A stretch of 64,000 nt of DNA from Lachnospiraceae bacterium (GCA_021202075.1 JAJQDT010000116.1:127821-191820); one strand, 5' to 3'; positions 48,748 through 59,352 are shown, numbered from the stretch's first letter. The notes: generated by a model not told the origin, from the sequence alone. A program made the numbers and translations.

Positions 48748-49466
48748 ATGGATTTCATACACGACAAAAGAATCCTCATCGTGGACGACGATGAGGGAAT
48801 CCGCAATATGATCCGTGTCATTCTGGGAAAGGAGCAGTTTGGCTGCCTCTCCGTGGCGGAGACGGGAACGGACGCTGTGCGAAGCTGCCGGGAATGGCAG
48901 CCCGACCTGGTGATTCTGGACATCATGCTCCCCGATTTGGACGGCTATGAGGTCTGCCGCAGGATACGGGAATTTTCCATGTGTCCCGTTCTGTTTCTGT
49001 CCGCAAAGTCGGAAGAGACGGACCGGATCATCTCATACACCATCGGAGGAGATGACTATATCACCGAGCCCTTCAGCCCGAAGGAGCTGGTTGCCCACAT
49101 CAACGCCATTCTGCGGCGGCAAAGCTATTATGAAGACCGCAGCGATACCGCCTCCGCTTATTCCTTTGGGCGATTTACGCTGGATTTTGACCGAAGGGAG
49201 CTTTTGCGGGGACAGGCTGCTGTTCCTCTCACAGCCAGGGAATATCTGCTGCTGGAATATCTGGTGCGCAACCGGAACGTCACGCTGAGCCGGGAACAGA
49301 TCGTTCGCAGCGGTGGGACAGCGATTATGACGGGTACGACAACACGGTCGCCGTCCATATGCGCCACCTGCGGGAAAAAGTGGAGCCTGACCCTTCCCAC
49401 CCCGTCTGGCTGAAAACGGTCAAGGGCAGATGATATATCTTTGATGATCGGAGCGCAAAACGATGA
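48748..49466 (+). pseudogene. OmpR-family response regulator with frameshift and nonsense codon
   Basis: Intact receiver (LDIMLPDLDG); frameshift near 49312; second frame gives WDSDYDGYDNTVAVHMRHLREKVEPDPSHP...TVKGR*YIF with TGA at 49431. Confidence 0.88.
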
Positions 49467-49556
49467 ACTGGAAAATTATCTCTGAATATCTGAAAACCCT
49501 TATCTTTGCGGTGGCTGCGACTCTGACGGCCGGGACGCTCCTGTGTTATCTCAGAT
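49463..49556 (+). pseudogene. 5' remnant of a probable sensor histidine kinase
   Basis: ATGA-coupled to the regulator; MNWKII then one TM helix, then runs into the opposite-strand gene; inferred from context. Confidence 0.5.
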
Positions 49557-50156
49557 CCCCGGTCGGTCAGGGTGCGCCATTGCCGAAAGCTGCCGCTTAC
49601 TGCCCCAGGACCCGCTGGCAAGGAAAATCACGGCATAGAGGAACAGGCTGCCCAGCCACAGATACCCCGCCGTACAGAGCAGCGCCGCCACAGGGCTTGT
49701 AAAATAGTGTTGGTAGCCGGCCAGCAACTCCAGGCAGCCGCCGTCATAATAGCTTGTCGCTTTGCTCACGGTAAAGGCATTGACCGGCGCCAGACGGAAA
49801 GCGCCGATGATGGCCGCAAGCAGGATATGGACAGCGATCAACAGCGCAAGCCTGACCGCAACAGCAGTAAATGTCACGGAGTTGTAGCGGGAAAACGAAC
49901 CATACCGTATGATCTCTGAATTGGCATAGCTTCGCACCTCTTTCCCGGTCACAAACACCAGGAAAAACAGCCATCCGTAAATCAGATAGTAGTGGTCTGC
50001 CAGCGCACACAGGACATATTCAGACAGAGATAGCCGGGCTGACTGCGCCACCGCCAGGTCGCTGCAGCTCATCCCCACGAACACCGCTAAAATGATAAAA
50101 TATGTGAGAACATCATCCTTTTTCCATAGCTTACTTTTTATGAGTTTTAACTTCAT
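49551..50156 (-). pseudogene. 3'-truncated multi-TM protein (ABC-2 permease-like)
   Basis: Hydrophobic helices end abruptly near 49600; coupled to the upstream permease-like gene. Confidence 0.55.
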
Positions 50157-50913
50157 ATCGGCTCTTCTCCCTCCTGCTCAGTGCCAGCACGATCACGGAC
50201 GCGATAATGACAAAGGAAATCGTTCCGGCAAAATAATTATAAACGTGCATACTGTTGGGACTCAGCCGGTTCAGCTGAATCGACGTGACAACGCTGTACT
50301 CCGGTATCTGGAGCAAAGAGGTGATCAAATTCTCGGCCACAAAGTACACAAAAGGTGCGACGCTCACGATAAAAACATTTTCCACATACAGAGCCAGACC
50401 GTACCCAAACAGGTTAAACAAACCTGCGTTGAAGCCTTTCCACAGACACCATCCAAAGCCGAAGGCTACGGGATGCGAAACCATCAGGCCGCCAAACACA
50501 TAGCTTTCCAATCTGGAATGATAGCCGGAGGTCGCCTCAAATGGCAGGATGTACTCCGAAAACAGGAGCCCGCAAAAACAGGCCAGAGCAATTCCCGCCA
50601 TGCAGAGCAGGAATCCCGCCAGCATATGATGAGCCACATACCGTTTGCGCGACATCCGTGTGCCGGAATAATGCAAAAATCCATCCGATTTTTTGTAATA
50701 TAGTGTGTAGGAAAAGGGCAGCGAGGCCAGCAGCGGCAAAAAGAAATCAAGCGGCTCACAGCCATAAATCCAAATCTCAATCCTGTATTCGATCGCCGTA
50801 TTTCCTGCAATTACCGTGCAGGAAACGAGGATGGCAATCAGCGCAACGCCAAATACCGCCAATGCGGGTAAAAGCTGCTCCTTCATAAGCGTTTTTAATA
50901 ATCTGAGATTCAT
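50131..50913 (-). CDS. ABC-2 type permease-like membrane protein
   Basis: About six TM segments; FFLPLLASLPFS...SDGFLHY...R pattern; AGGAGG RBS. Confidence 0.65.
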   Translation of the reverse strand: MNLRLLKTLMKEQLLPALAVFGVALIAILVSCTVIAGNTAIEYRIEIWIYGCEPLDFFLPLLASLPFSYTLYYKKSDGFLHYSGTRMSRKRYVAHHMLAGFLLCMAGIALACFCGLLFSEYILPFEATSGYHSRLESYVFGGLMVSHPVAFGFGWCLWKGFNAGLFNLFGYGLALYVENVFIVSVAPFVYFVAENLITSLLQIPEYSVVTSIQLNRLSPNSMHVYNYFAGTISFVIIASVIVLALSRREKSRYEVKTHKK

Positions 50914-51038
50914 GGATCCGCCTCCTGTGCAACAAAACGCTTGTTGTTCGTGTTCTGGTATGGGCTTAGTATACAGCAGGCGGCTTAAGGCGAAATTATC
51001 GCAAGATTAATTCTGGATTAACTCATAGTGATGCTCTC

Positions 51039-51853
51039 TCAATGCAGTTCCAGATGAATCATTTTCACCATCTTCATCAAATCGGAGCCAATCATGGTCA
51101 ATTTCGTGGAAAACCCGATTCCCGACTTGTCGATATGGCTGTAGTATTTTTCCTCGGCAAGAACTTTCACACCGCCGCCGATTTTTGCTGCCAGCTCGTC
51201 AGCTGAATCCACATAGAAAAACATCGCCGCGTCCTCATGATGGATTTGTTTCATATACTGCTTCCGCATCATGGACATGCCGCTTTTATTGACGGTATCA
51301 AAGACGATTTCAATATCCCCATTATTCTGGAGCATTCTCATCAGGCTTAATACCTTGTCCTCTTCAAAGTAATAGAACAGGCCGCTTGCAGTAATCAGAA
51401 CCGGAGCAGTGGGAACTTCGTCCCGAACCTGTTTCAGCCATGCAGGATCAAAGGCATCTCCGGCTATGTAATTTTCCCGTTCTGATTCCGGCATGATCGA
51501 TTTTCTGTACTGGATCACATTCGGCAAATCCACTCCGTACCAGTGCGTTTTTCCGTTGTCATCACGATAAAAGGTTGTCTCAAGCCCACAGCCAAGCTGT
51601 ACGATCACGCCATCCGGTTTGCGCTTCAGGAAATCCTTTATATATCTGTCCATATTTGTAGAGCGTGACGCGGAAGCAAGAAGCGTGTATTCGCTCTGTC
51701 CTTTCATTTCACGTTCCAACAGCCCGGCGGGGAGCTTCTCCTTGAGAGACAGGGCTTTCTCATCTATAATACTTTCGGGCAATTTTCGCTTGCATAAATT
51801 CTGCCAAGCATTGGAACAAATAATGTATCTTCTACAATTCCTAATTCAGGCAT
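51039..51853 (-). pseudogene. TcmP/leucine carboxyl methyltransferase-like SAM methyltransferase, 1-bp deletion near 51765
   Basis: Start MPELGIVEDTLFVPMLGRIYASE with GGAGG RBS stops at TAG; other frame continues DEKAL...VQLGCGLET...WYGVDLP. Confidence 0.85.
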
Positions 51854-51875
51854 ATCATTCCCTCCTCTGCTAGTC

Positions 51876-51891
51876 GTTAGCGTCGGCTAAC
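51876..51891. promoter_or_regulatory. Palindromic operator (TetR-like)
   Basis: GTTAGC-GTCG-GCTAAC just upstream of the methyltransferase RBS. Confidence 0.55.
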
Positions 51892-52220
51892 TCGCATTGT
51901 AACAAATACAATAGGAGAAATCAATACAGAACCTGAACGATTGCGCATCAAATTTAACCCCGCCCGGCAACAATATGCCGCAAAAAATAATGGAGCAAAT
52001 ACAGGGCAGCACATTCGCCCCACACTTGCTCCATATATTTCACGGTATCCCACAATACATCATCCTCTACACCGGCGAGAAGAATACGCTCTCTGATCCT
52101 TTCAACCTTAATCTTTTCTTCTTCCCAAAGAGGGCGCCTCCGTTCCGATTCATATAAACATCAGAGAAATCCCCCCGGCATAGCGATCAGCACTGCAGTC
52201 GTCAGCAGCGGATTTTCACT

Positions 52221-52457
52221 TCAACATATCAATCCCTGTTTCTTCATCGCCTTAAACTCACGAACTCGCGCAATTGCTTCATCAGGGTCAATCTCTGGCA
52301 GCGCCTGATGCTCTTTCGTATAATCACCATATCCGGGGCTGTACATCTGTATGAATCTAACAGCTCCTATCGGGCCAAGTGCTTCCTTTAAAGCATTCAT
52401 CCCTGTAACCTGAACTTCCATAGGTTTTTTTAAATTAACCTGCAACATACATTTCAC
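52221..52457 (-). CDS. Probable antitoxin partner of the PIN protein
   Basis: GMNALKEALGPIGAVRFIQMY..GYGDYTKE; coupled downstream of the PIN gene; start may be 52448. Confidence 0.65.
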   Translation of the reverse strand: MKCMLQVNLKKPMEVQVTGMNALKEALGPIGAVRFIQMYSPGYGDYTKEHQALPEIDPDEAIARVREFKAMKKQGLIC

Positions 52458-52843
52458 CTCCCATACAACATTTCAATAACGAATTTCGACGGATTCATTA
52501 TCCTGACATTTAATTCCAACCGCGCTGACATTCTTTCTAACCTGTCGTCAGTCGTGAGCAAGACATCTGCTCCACTTGCCTCAGCGCATGCAATCTGCAA
52601 GCTATCAAACATATGAATTTTTGACTGGTTCCTGATTTCTTTCGCTCTATTATCTATATCATCGGTTTCCCCGATTTGTATTTGAACATTCTTATACAAG
52701 TCAAGGACATTTTGTCTTTTTACTATGTCGCGAATTTGATATAGTTCATATTCAACCACATCACTCCCTAAAAGTTCGTACTCTCCGCGAAATCCTTTAT
52801 CCAGAATGCTTAATATAGCTTCACTTTCAAGATAAATTCTCAC
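52454..52843 (-). pseudogene. PIN-domain protein apparently lacking the first catalytic Asp segment
   Basis: FDSLQIACAEASGADVLLTTDD...NP present; N-terminus RIYLESEAIL has no LDxx motif. Confidence 0.6.
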
Positions 52844-52949
52844 AGTTCCAATCACCGCCTTTCATCACGGTCTCTGACAGAAACGTATACTTCTCTTCTG
52901 GTGCTTATAGCTTACCACAAAGCCTTCCTAAAAGCAACTTGCAAATTTC

Positions 52950-53532
52950 CATAAACTCATCTACCTGTCAACCCAGCTTTTCTGCTTTGCTTCATGAATC
53001 TATGCATCAGCATTCAAATGAAACCGTAAAACTGCCCCATCTGCGTTCCCTGTCTGTATCCGGTATGAGCTTTCCTTCTTCATCCCATTCTGCTTCATAA
53101 GGAATGATCGTCAGGGATGACGTTGCGGTATCCAGAGACGGCTGCCCATCAGCCAGGGTGCCGGTGTCCCGCTCAGTTCAAAATCCACGCACAGCCTTCC
53201 GTCTTCATCTGTATAGGATTCTGAAATAAAAGCGGCCAGATATCCACTGGCAGTGCCGATCTGGTTGCCGACATCATCTTCGATGTAAAACAGTGCTCCC
53301 CGCATCGTGGGAGGGCTCAGCATTTCTTCAGCGTCTTCCCCGCTTAAACGGTAGGTAGATTGCGGTCAAAGCCGTCGTAGCTGGAGCTCGCGCCCTGAGT
53401 GTAGCCCTTCTCAATCAACGTATCCGTCAGGTAGTCGATGATAAATGCGTTCTTCATCCAGAAAAAGTCAATATAGCTGAGAAAACCGGTCTCTTCGGCA
53501 TACGCCAGATGGTCGTCCGAGACAAAAAGCAT
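52950..53532 (-). pseudogene. Mosaic of gene fragments; 53344-53532 may derive from an ApbE-like lipoprotein
   Basis: Short protein-like ORFs without RBS (IDFFWMKNAFIIDYLTDTLIEKGYTQG); family assignment from memory only. Confidence 0.35.
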
Positions 53533-53559
53533 GATGGTGTTATCTGCCGGAAGCTGTGG

Positions 53560-53646
53560 AAATTTAAGAAAATTATTTATGTATTGCTACTGGAATCATG
53601 CTATACTTTGGTCGGAACTAAAAAGCAGGCACTCAAAAATTTGCCG
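53560..53646 (+). promoter_or_regulatory. Duplicated promoter-containing module, copy 2
   Basis: Homologous to 47476-47561 and directly followed by an AGGAG RBS. Confidence 0.75.
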
Positions 53647-53658
53647 AGGAGCTTAAAT

Positions 53659-54441
53659 ATGGGAAAATTATATGAACGGGCGGATATATATGATCTGCTC
53701 GAAAACAAAGAAAAATTCGAAATCAACAAAAAGCATTGGGCTGCATTATTAGAAGGACGGGATATTACATCAGTTTTAGATATTAGTATTGGAACAGGAA
53801 GTTCGTCTTTGCCGCTTCTTGAGTTAGGTGTGAAACTGTCAGGCTCAGACCTCAGTCAGGATATGCTTGATAAATGCAGGGAAAAGTCGGAAAATATGCA
53901 AAAAGAAATTGAACTTACACAATGCGATTTTAGAGAATTATCTGCCAAAATTGTTGGGGAATTTGATTGTGTAGCAAGCACAGGAAATTCGCTTCCCTAT
54001 ATAACAAACGGAGAAGTGATGCAGGTTTTAGAACAAATGGATAAGCTGATTCGTCCGGGAGGATATTTGTATTTTGACATCCGAAACTGGGATAAAATTT
54101 TAAGGGAGCATCAGAGATTTTATTTGTATAATCCAGTATTTTTAAATGAAAACAGAGTTAATTTGATACAGGTATGGGATTATGAAAATGATGGCTCTAT
54201 GATATTTAATTTGATATTCACTTTTGAGCAGGATAATAAAATTATACAAAAAGAGCATTTTAAAGAACACTATTATCCAATTTCAAAAAATGTGCTCTTA
54301 AATAAACTGGAAGAAATGCGATATGTGGACATACAGGTTCTATGTCATCCAGCTTATGTTACGGGTATAAATATCGAGGATGTCGATTGGTATACTGTCA
54401 TTGCACAGAAGGATGATATGAGCATATATGATAATGAGTGA
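53659..54441 (+). CDS. Class I SAM-dependent methyltransferase
   Basis: VLDISIGTG, GSDLSQDML, CDFREL, GNSLPY, IRPGGYLYFD; AT-rich. Confidence 0.9.
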   Translation: MGKLYERADIYDLLENKEKFEINKKHWAALLEGRDITSVLDISIGTGSSSLPLLELGVKLSGSDLSQDMLDKCREKSENMQKEIELTQCDFRELSAKIVGEFDCVASTGNSLPYITNGEVMQVLEQMDKLIRPGGYLYFDIRNWDKILREHQRFYLYNPVFLNENRVNLIQVWDYENDGSMIFNLIFTFEQDNKIIQKEHFKEHYYPISKNVLLNKLEEMRYVDIQVLCHPAYVTGINIEDVDWYTVIAQKDDMSIYDNE

Positions 54442-54788
54442 AGAAATGGCTGTAACGTATCTGAAACGACAGGATGTCAGCAGGTATTGTAAAAAATGGT
54501 ATTTTTCGGAAACGGAAACCGCAAAGATAGTCGATGGAAACATTTTCACATCGCCGAATACAGATGATGAAACACGCAAAAAGGTTCGGAGCATATATCA
54601 TTTGTTTTGTCTGCCCTTTTATTTTGTCTGTAAGCTGCTGTTATTCCCAAAGCCTGCTCAGCCGCATGGCTTCTGACAGCTGCTGGAGGGAAATGGCATT
54701 CGCCGCAAAGCTCTGGGCAAAAGTAAAATAAGAATTTTAAATTTTCTGTCTCGTTGCTGCGCAAAAATGGCAGGGAATTTCCCGCCGT

Positions 54789-55205
54789 TTAAAATACTAC
54801 CCATGCCAGATACAGAATCCCGATCACAATACTGCATCCAACGATATAGACCAGCCCGATGAGCAATCCCGCCTTAACCGCGGCACGAGTATATATGCGC
54901 CGTTCTTTTCGTGTAATGGGAGGATTCTGCATTGGATCATTTGTCCTGATATCAGAGTCTGACGCATAGCGCCCGTTTCCGCGGCGTCCCGCATCAGACG
55001 CCGGGCCGCCGCGCTTCCAGCTTTCAGGGAGATGGCCAAACATGCCCGGTCTTTCCACAGCCTTGCCCTTCGCGCAGCGAACTTTCATTGGCAAGGCGAC
55101 CTGCCGCAGAGCACCGCGAGGGGGCATTTCCACACCGCTCATATCCGCGATGGTGCGGCCGTCGTCTATGAACTCTTTTTCGTTCTTTTCCGTTTTTTTT
55201 CGCAC
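54789..55205 (-). CDS. Small membrane protein with a 25-aa repeat-derived insertion
   Basis: AAGGAG RBS with GTG start; DDGRTIADMSGVE N-terminal motif; C-terminal TM helix; follows the Opp operon. Confidence 0.7.
   Translation of the reverse strand: MRKKTEKNEKEFIDDGRTIADMSGVEMPPRGALRQVALPMKVRCAKGKAVERPGMFGHLPESWKRGGPASDAGRRGNGRYASDSDIRTNDPMQNPPITRKERRIYTRAAVKAGLLIGLVYIVGCSIVIGILYLAWVVF
55052..55134. repeat. Module F repeat inserted in frame between 8-bp direct repeats
   Basis: TTTCCACA at 55052-55059 and 55127-55134 (75 bp apart); interior matches 25160-25206. Confidence 0.82.
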
Positions 55206-55371
55206 GGTTGGTCATCTCCTTTCTTTCATATGCTGATTCCTTATGTTGCAGCGTTGCAATATGCCAGCAACACACATTTCGCCCCCGCCAGTCGGCATTC
55301 CACGCTTCGCGCGGAATATTCAGCAGCCAGAGTGAAGCGTACCCAGGATCATGAATAGAAGTGCCGGCACT

Positions 55372-56481
55372 TTATTCTCGACTTTTGTCCCTTGTATCAT
55401 CATAAAGATGACAAACGACGTAGTGTCCCGGCTCTACCTCGACCTGCGCCGGCGCTTCTTCCTTGCACCGCTGTGTGCATTTGGAGCAGCGGGTGTGGAA
55501 CTTGCAGCCGCCCGGCGGATTTGCCGGGGACGGAATCGAGCCTTCCAGGACAATCCGGTTCATTTTCGCTTTCGGATCCGGGATCGGGATGGCCGAAAAC
55601 AGTGCTTCGGTGTACGGGTGCAGCGGATGTTTGAAAATGTCCTCTGTCGCGCCGTATTCCACGAGGTTGCCCAGATACATGACGCCGACCACATCCGAGA
55701 TATGCTCCACCACAGACAGATCGTGCGAGATGAACAGGTAGGTCAGGTTACGCTTCTCCTGCAGTTCCTTGAGCAGGTTGATGATCTGCGCCTGAATGGA
55801 GACGTCCAGCGCGGAGACAGGCTCGTCACAGACCACGAATTCCGGATTGAGTGCAAGCGCTCTTGCGATGCAGATACGCTGGCGCTGTCCGCCGGAAAAT
55901 TCATGCGGATAGCGGTCCTTGTGGAAAGGCTGCAGGCCGCAGTCATCCATGACCTTGTCCAGATAATCGTTGTACTCCTCCTTGCTCACCAAGTTATGCT
56001 CCTTGACTGCCTCGCCGATGATCTCACCGACCGGCATACGCGGGGAAAGGCTGGAAAACGGATCCTGAAAGATGATCTGCATCTTCGTGCGCATAGGCCG
56101 CATTTCCTTTTTTGAGAGGTCGTAGATTTCCCGCCCGTTGAAGAGCACCTGCCCGCCCGTTTTTTCTCCGGCAAGGCGCAGGATGGTCCGCCCGGTCGTG
56201 GTTTTTCCGCAGCCGGACTCGCCCACGAGTCCCATGGTCGTGCCTCGCTTCAGATTGAATGTCACGCCGTCAACCGCCTTGACATAGCCTACGGTATGCG
56301 AGACCATGCCGCCCTTGATCGGGAAATATTTTTTCAGATCCTTTACCTGCAGGATATACTGCGGATCACAGGTGTCCGGTGTCATTTCCGGTTTGGCAGC
56401 GGTACTGTTTACGGTTCCGGCATCTGCACTTTCACTGCCTGCGCTTTGGCCATTTGTCTTTTCTGCATTTGCTCCCATCAC
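55372..56481 (-). CDS. oppF: Oligopeptide-type ABC ATP-binding subunit
   Basis: GESGCGKTT, FSGGQRQR, CDEPVSALD, HPYT, GCKFHTRC. Confidence 0.93.
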   Translation of the reverse strand: MMGANAEKTNGQSAGSESADAGTVNSTAAKPEMTPDTCDPQYILQVKDLKKYFPIKGGMVSHTVGYVKAVDGVTFNLKRGTTMGLVGESGCGKTTTGRTILRLAGEKTGGQVLFNGREIYDLSKKEMRPMRTKMQIIFQDPFSSLSPRMPVGEIIGEAVKEHNLVSKEEYNDYLDKVMDDCGLQPFHKDRYPHEFSGGQRQRICIARALALNPEFVVCDEPVSALDVSIQAQIINLLKELQEKRNLTYLFISHDLSVVEHISDVVGVMYLGNLVEYGATEDIFKHPLHPYTEALFSAIPIPDPKAKMNRIVLEGSIPSPANPPGGCKFHTRCSKCTQRCKEEAPAQVEVEPGHYVVCHLYDDTRDKSRE

Positions 56482-57755
56482 GCTTCACCTCCCTCTTTTT
56501 CCTCAATTGTATCTCCTGCGTCCAAAGCGCCTGCTGAACCTGCAGTCCCTGGCGCATCTGATTTCAAAACGTTCGATTTTGCAGAATCCGGCCGTTCCGC
56601 ATCCGCCTGTTCCGCGGTTTTCTGATTATAATACCGGTAGCAGCTCACCTTATGCGTCTCACTCAGCGAAATCTCATGCGGATACTCTCCGCCGCACTGC
56701 TTCACACACATCTCGCAGCGGTCTTTGAAATAGCAGTAATCCGGCATATTGACCGGGTTCGGCACCTTGCCGGGGATGGAGTAGAGCTTGTCGACCTGTT
56801 TGCCGACTACCGGCTTAGAGGCCATCAATCCGATCGTGTAAGGGTGAGACGGATGCTCGAAGATATCCTCCGCCGTTCCTTTTTCCACAATGCGGCCCGC
56901 ATACATAACGACCACATAATCCGCCATCTCCGCAATCACACCCAGATCATGAGTGATCAGCATGATGGAAGAGTTGATTTGATCCTTCAGCTTACGGAGC
57001 AGATCCAGAATCTGTGCCTGGATGGTCACATCCAGCGCCGTTGTCGGCTCATCGGCGATGATAACCTTCGGGTTGCATGCCAGCGCCATCGCGATCATGA
57101 CACGCTGCCGCATGCCACCGGAAAGCTCGTGCGGATACATGCGGTAGACGCCCTCGCTGTTGGCAATGCCTACCATTTCCAGCAGCTCAATCGTCCGCTT
57201 TTTGATGTCGTCCTTGCTCTTGCCTTCACCGTCATGTAAGGCGATGACCTCATCCACCTGGGCGCCGATGCGAAACACCGGATTTAAGCTGGTCATCGGC
57301 TCCTGGAAAATCATGGATACATAGTTTCCGCGGATCTTCTGCATCGCTTCCACCGGAACCTTCGAAATCTCGTAGGCTCTGTCGCCCAGATTCAGCCGGA
57401 TCTCACCGGAATAAATCTGCCCCTGCGGGCGCTGCACCAGCTGCATCAGGGAAAGGCTGGTCACGGACTTGCCGCAGCCGGACTCGCCCACGATACCGAC
57501 GGTCTTGCCGGCCGGCACGTCAAAGGTAACTCCATCCACGCTCTTTACCGTACCGGTATCGGTAAAAAAATACGTGTGGAGGTCGTCGAATTCCACCACA
57601 TTTCCAGGGTCGCGCATCTGTGTCATATACTCCGACTCCGGCACATGCTTCCGTTTGCGCTTTTTCTCAAATTCATCGGTAATTTTGCGGTTCTCTCTGG
57701 AAATCCTCCGCGATTCCTTCGCTGAGAGATAGCCTTCCGCATTTTTCTTTGCCAT
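56478..57755 (-). CDS. oppD: Oligopeptide-type ABC ATP-binding subunit
   Basis: [37 protein letters not shown]. Confidence 0.93.
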   Translation of the reverse strand: MAKKNAEGYLSAKESRRISRENRKITDEFEKKRKRKHVPESEYMTQMRDPGNVVEFDDLHTYFFTDTGTVKSVDGVTFDVPAGKTVGIVGESGCGKSVTSLSLMQLVQRPQGQIYSGEIRLNLGDRAYEISKVPVEAMQKIRGNYVSMIFQEPMTSLNPVFRIGAQVDEVIALHDGEGKSKDDIKKRTIELLEMVGIANSEGVYRMYPHELSGGMRQRVMIAMALACNPKVIIADEPTTALDVTIQAQILDLLRKLKDQINSSIMLITHDLGVIAEMADYVVVMYAGRIVEKGTAEDIFEHPSHPYTIGLMASKPVVGKQVDKLYSIPGKVPNPVNMPDYCYFKDRCEMCVKQCGGEYPHEISLSETHKVSCYRYYNQKTAEQADAERPDSAKSNVLKSDAPGTAGSAGALDAGDTIEEKEGGEA

Positions 57756-57770
57756 TTACGTCCACCTCCC

Positions 57771-59339
57771 TTACCGCTTCATCTTCGGGTCAAACGCATC
57801 CCGGAGACCGTCCCCGACGAAATTAAAACCCAGCACCGTGATCAGCAGGCAAAGGCCGGCCGGAATCCAGATAAACCAGTAATTCGTCATGACATAGGTG
57901 CTGTTGACATCATTAATAATATTGCCCCAGGAAGCGAACGGGAATTTTACGCCCAGCCCAAGGAAAGAAAGTGTCGCTTCGGTGATGATCGTGCTGCCGA
58001 GCATCATCGTACAGGAGACGATCAGCTGCGGCATAACATTCGGGATCAGGTGGCGGAAAATCCGTCTGGAAGAACGGATGCCGCACGCTTCCGCTGCCGC
58101 CATGAATTCCTGTTCACGCAGGGAAAGGATCTGGCCGCGCACAAGACGCGCCACCGACGGCCAGCTCAAAAATCCCAGCAGCAGCATCAGATAAAGCATC
58201 CGGATCTGTGGGTCGATGTTCATCGCGTCCATCGCGGATCCCAGAATAATCATCAGCGGGGTCGACGGAATGCACCAGAATACATCCACGATACGCATGA
58301 TCAGGTTGTCCACCCAGCCGCCAAAGTAGCCGGACATACCGCCAAGAATGATTCCCAGTACGCCGGCAATCGCGACAACAATAAAGCCAATTACCAGAGA
58401 AACCCGGCCGCCGTACATCAGACGGGTCAGCATATCCATCCCGTTCCGGTCCGTGCCGAGCCAGTGCGCGAAGGATGGAGAGGAATAGGAATCGTAGACA
58501 TAGGTCTCCGTCTGCTGGTTGACTGTCCAGCTGTCCGTAAACGCCTCATAGCTCACATCATAGGTGTGCGTCTCACCATCCTCATCCGTAAAGATAAACT
58601 CCGTCTCATCATTCGAGATCGCCTCATCGAGTTCCTCTTTAAACTGGCGCGTAATCGTCACGCCGTTCTCGGTCGCAGTCACAACAAAGCGGCTGATATA
58701 GCCGACCACCGTGCCATCCTCCGTGCCAACGTTGCCGTCCTCATCCACCGTATAAGTGACACCGTCCACCTCGAATGAGGCTTCGCCGGAGACATAAGCT
58801 TTCAGGGCGCCATATTTGACAAGGAAGCTCAGCTCCTCGCCTTCTGAATTAACAATATCCTTAAAAGCCATCGCCAGAAGCGTGTTTTCCGAATAGATGG
58901 AAAAGAAATCCGTCCCCTCGCAAACGACATCATAGGCGACACTCTTGTATTCGAATGAAAAATCCTCCTCGCCGCTCGTATTATTGTAATACAGCAGGAA
59001 ATAAGCCTGCGCGGTGGAGCCAAATTCCTGATCGTCCGCAACCAGATAGCGGAAATCGTCGTTGCGGACCACACCCGCATACTGCTGGGACTGATACTCG
59101 TAGGTGTAGAACTGCTGATTCTCATCGTATGGGCTGATCACCCCTCCCACAAAGGAAAACAGAAACATCGCGATCAGCATCACCATTCCCACAATCGCGA
59201 GACGGTTCCGGAAGAAACGCTTCGCCACCATCGCGCCGGGCGTCAGAACCTTGACGCGCCGGTCGTCATTCAGGGAATACTCTTCCTCAGGTGCGGAGGA
59301 ATTATTCGCTTCAGATTGTTTCAGATCTTTCTCGCTCAT
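57771..59339 (-). CDS. oppC: Oligopeptide-type ABC permease with large acidic extracytoplasmic loop
   Basis: RFFRNRLA; HWLGTDRNGMDMLTRLMYGG; FNFVGDGLRDAFDP. Confidence 0.92.
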   Translation of the reverse strand: MSEKDLKQSEANNSSAPEEEYSLNDDRRVKVLTPGAMVAKRFFRNRLAIVGMVMLIAMFLFSFVGGVISPYDENQQFYTYEYQSQQYAGVVRNDDFRYLVADDQEFGSTAQAYFLLYYNNTSGEEDFSFEYKSVAYDVVCEGTDFFSIYSENTLLAMAFKDIVNSEGEELSFLVKYGALKAYVSGEASFEVDGVTYTVDEDGNVGTEDGTVVGYISRFVVTATENGVTITRQFKEELDEAISNDETEFIFTDEDGETHTYDVSYEAFTDSWTVNQQTETYVYDSYSSPSFAHWLGTDRNGMDMLTRLMYGGRVSLVIGFIVVAIAGVLGIILGGMSGYFGGWVDNLIMRIVDVFWCIPSTPLMIILGSAMDAMNIDPQIRMLYLMLLLGFLSWPSVARLVRGQILSLREQEFMAAAEACGIRSSRRIFRHLIPNVMPQLIVSCTMMLGSTIITEATLSFLGLGVKFPFASWGNIINDVNSTYVMTNYWFIWIPAGLCLLITVLGFNFVGDGLRDAFDPKMKR

Positions 59340-59352
59340 AATTTCTCCTTTC

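Noticed and set aside
54428-54676. 82-aa ORF overlapping the methyltransferase end
   Set aside because: No recognisable family and it degrades into non-coding-like sequence; at best a fragment.
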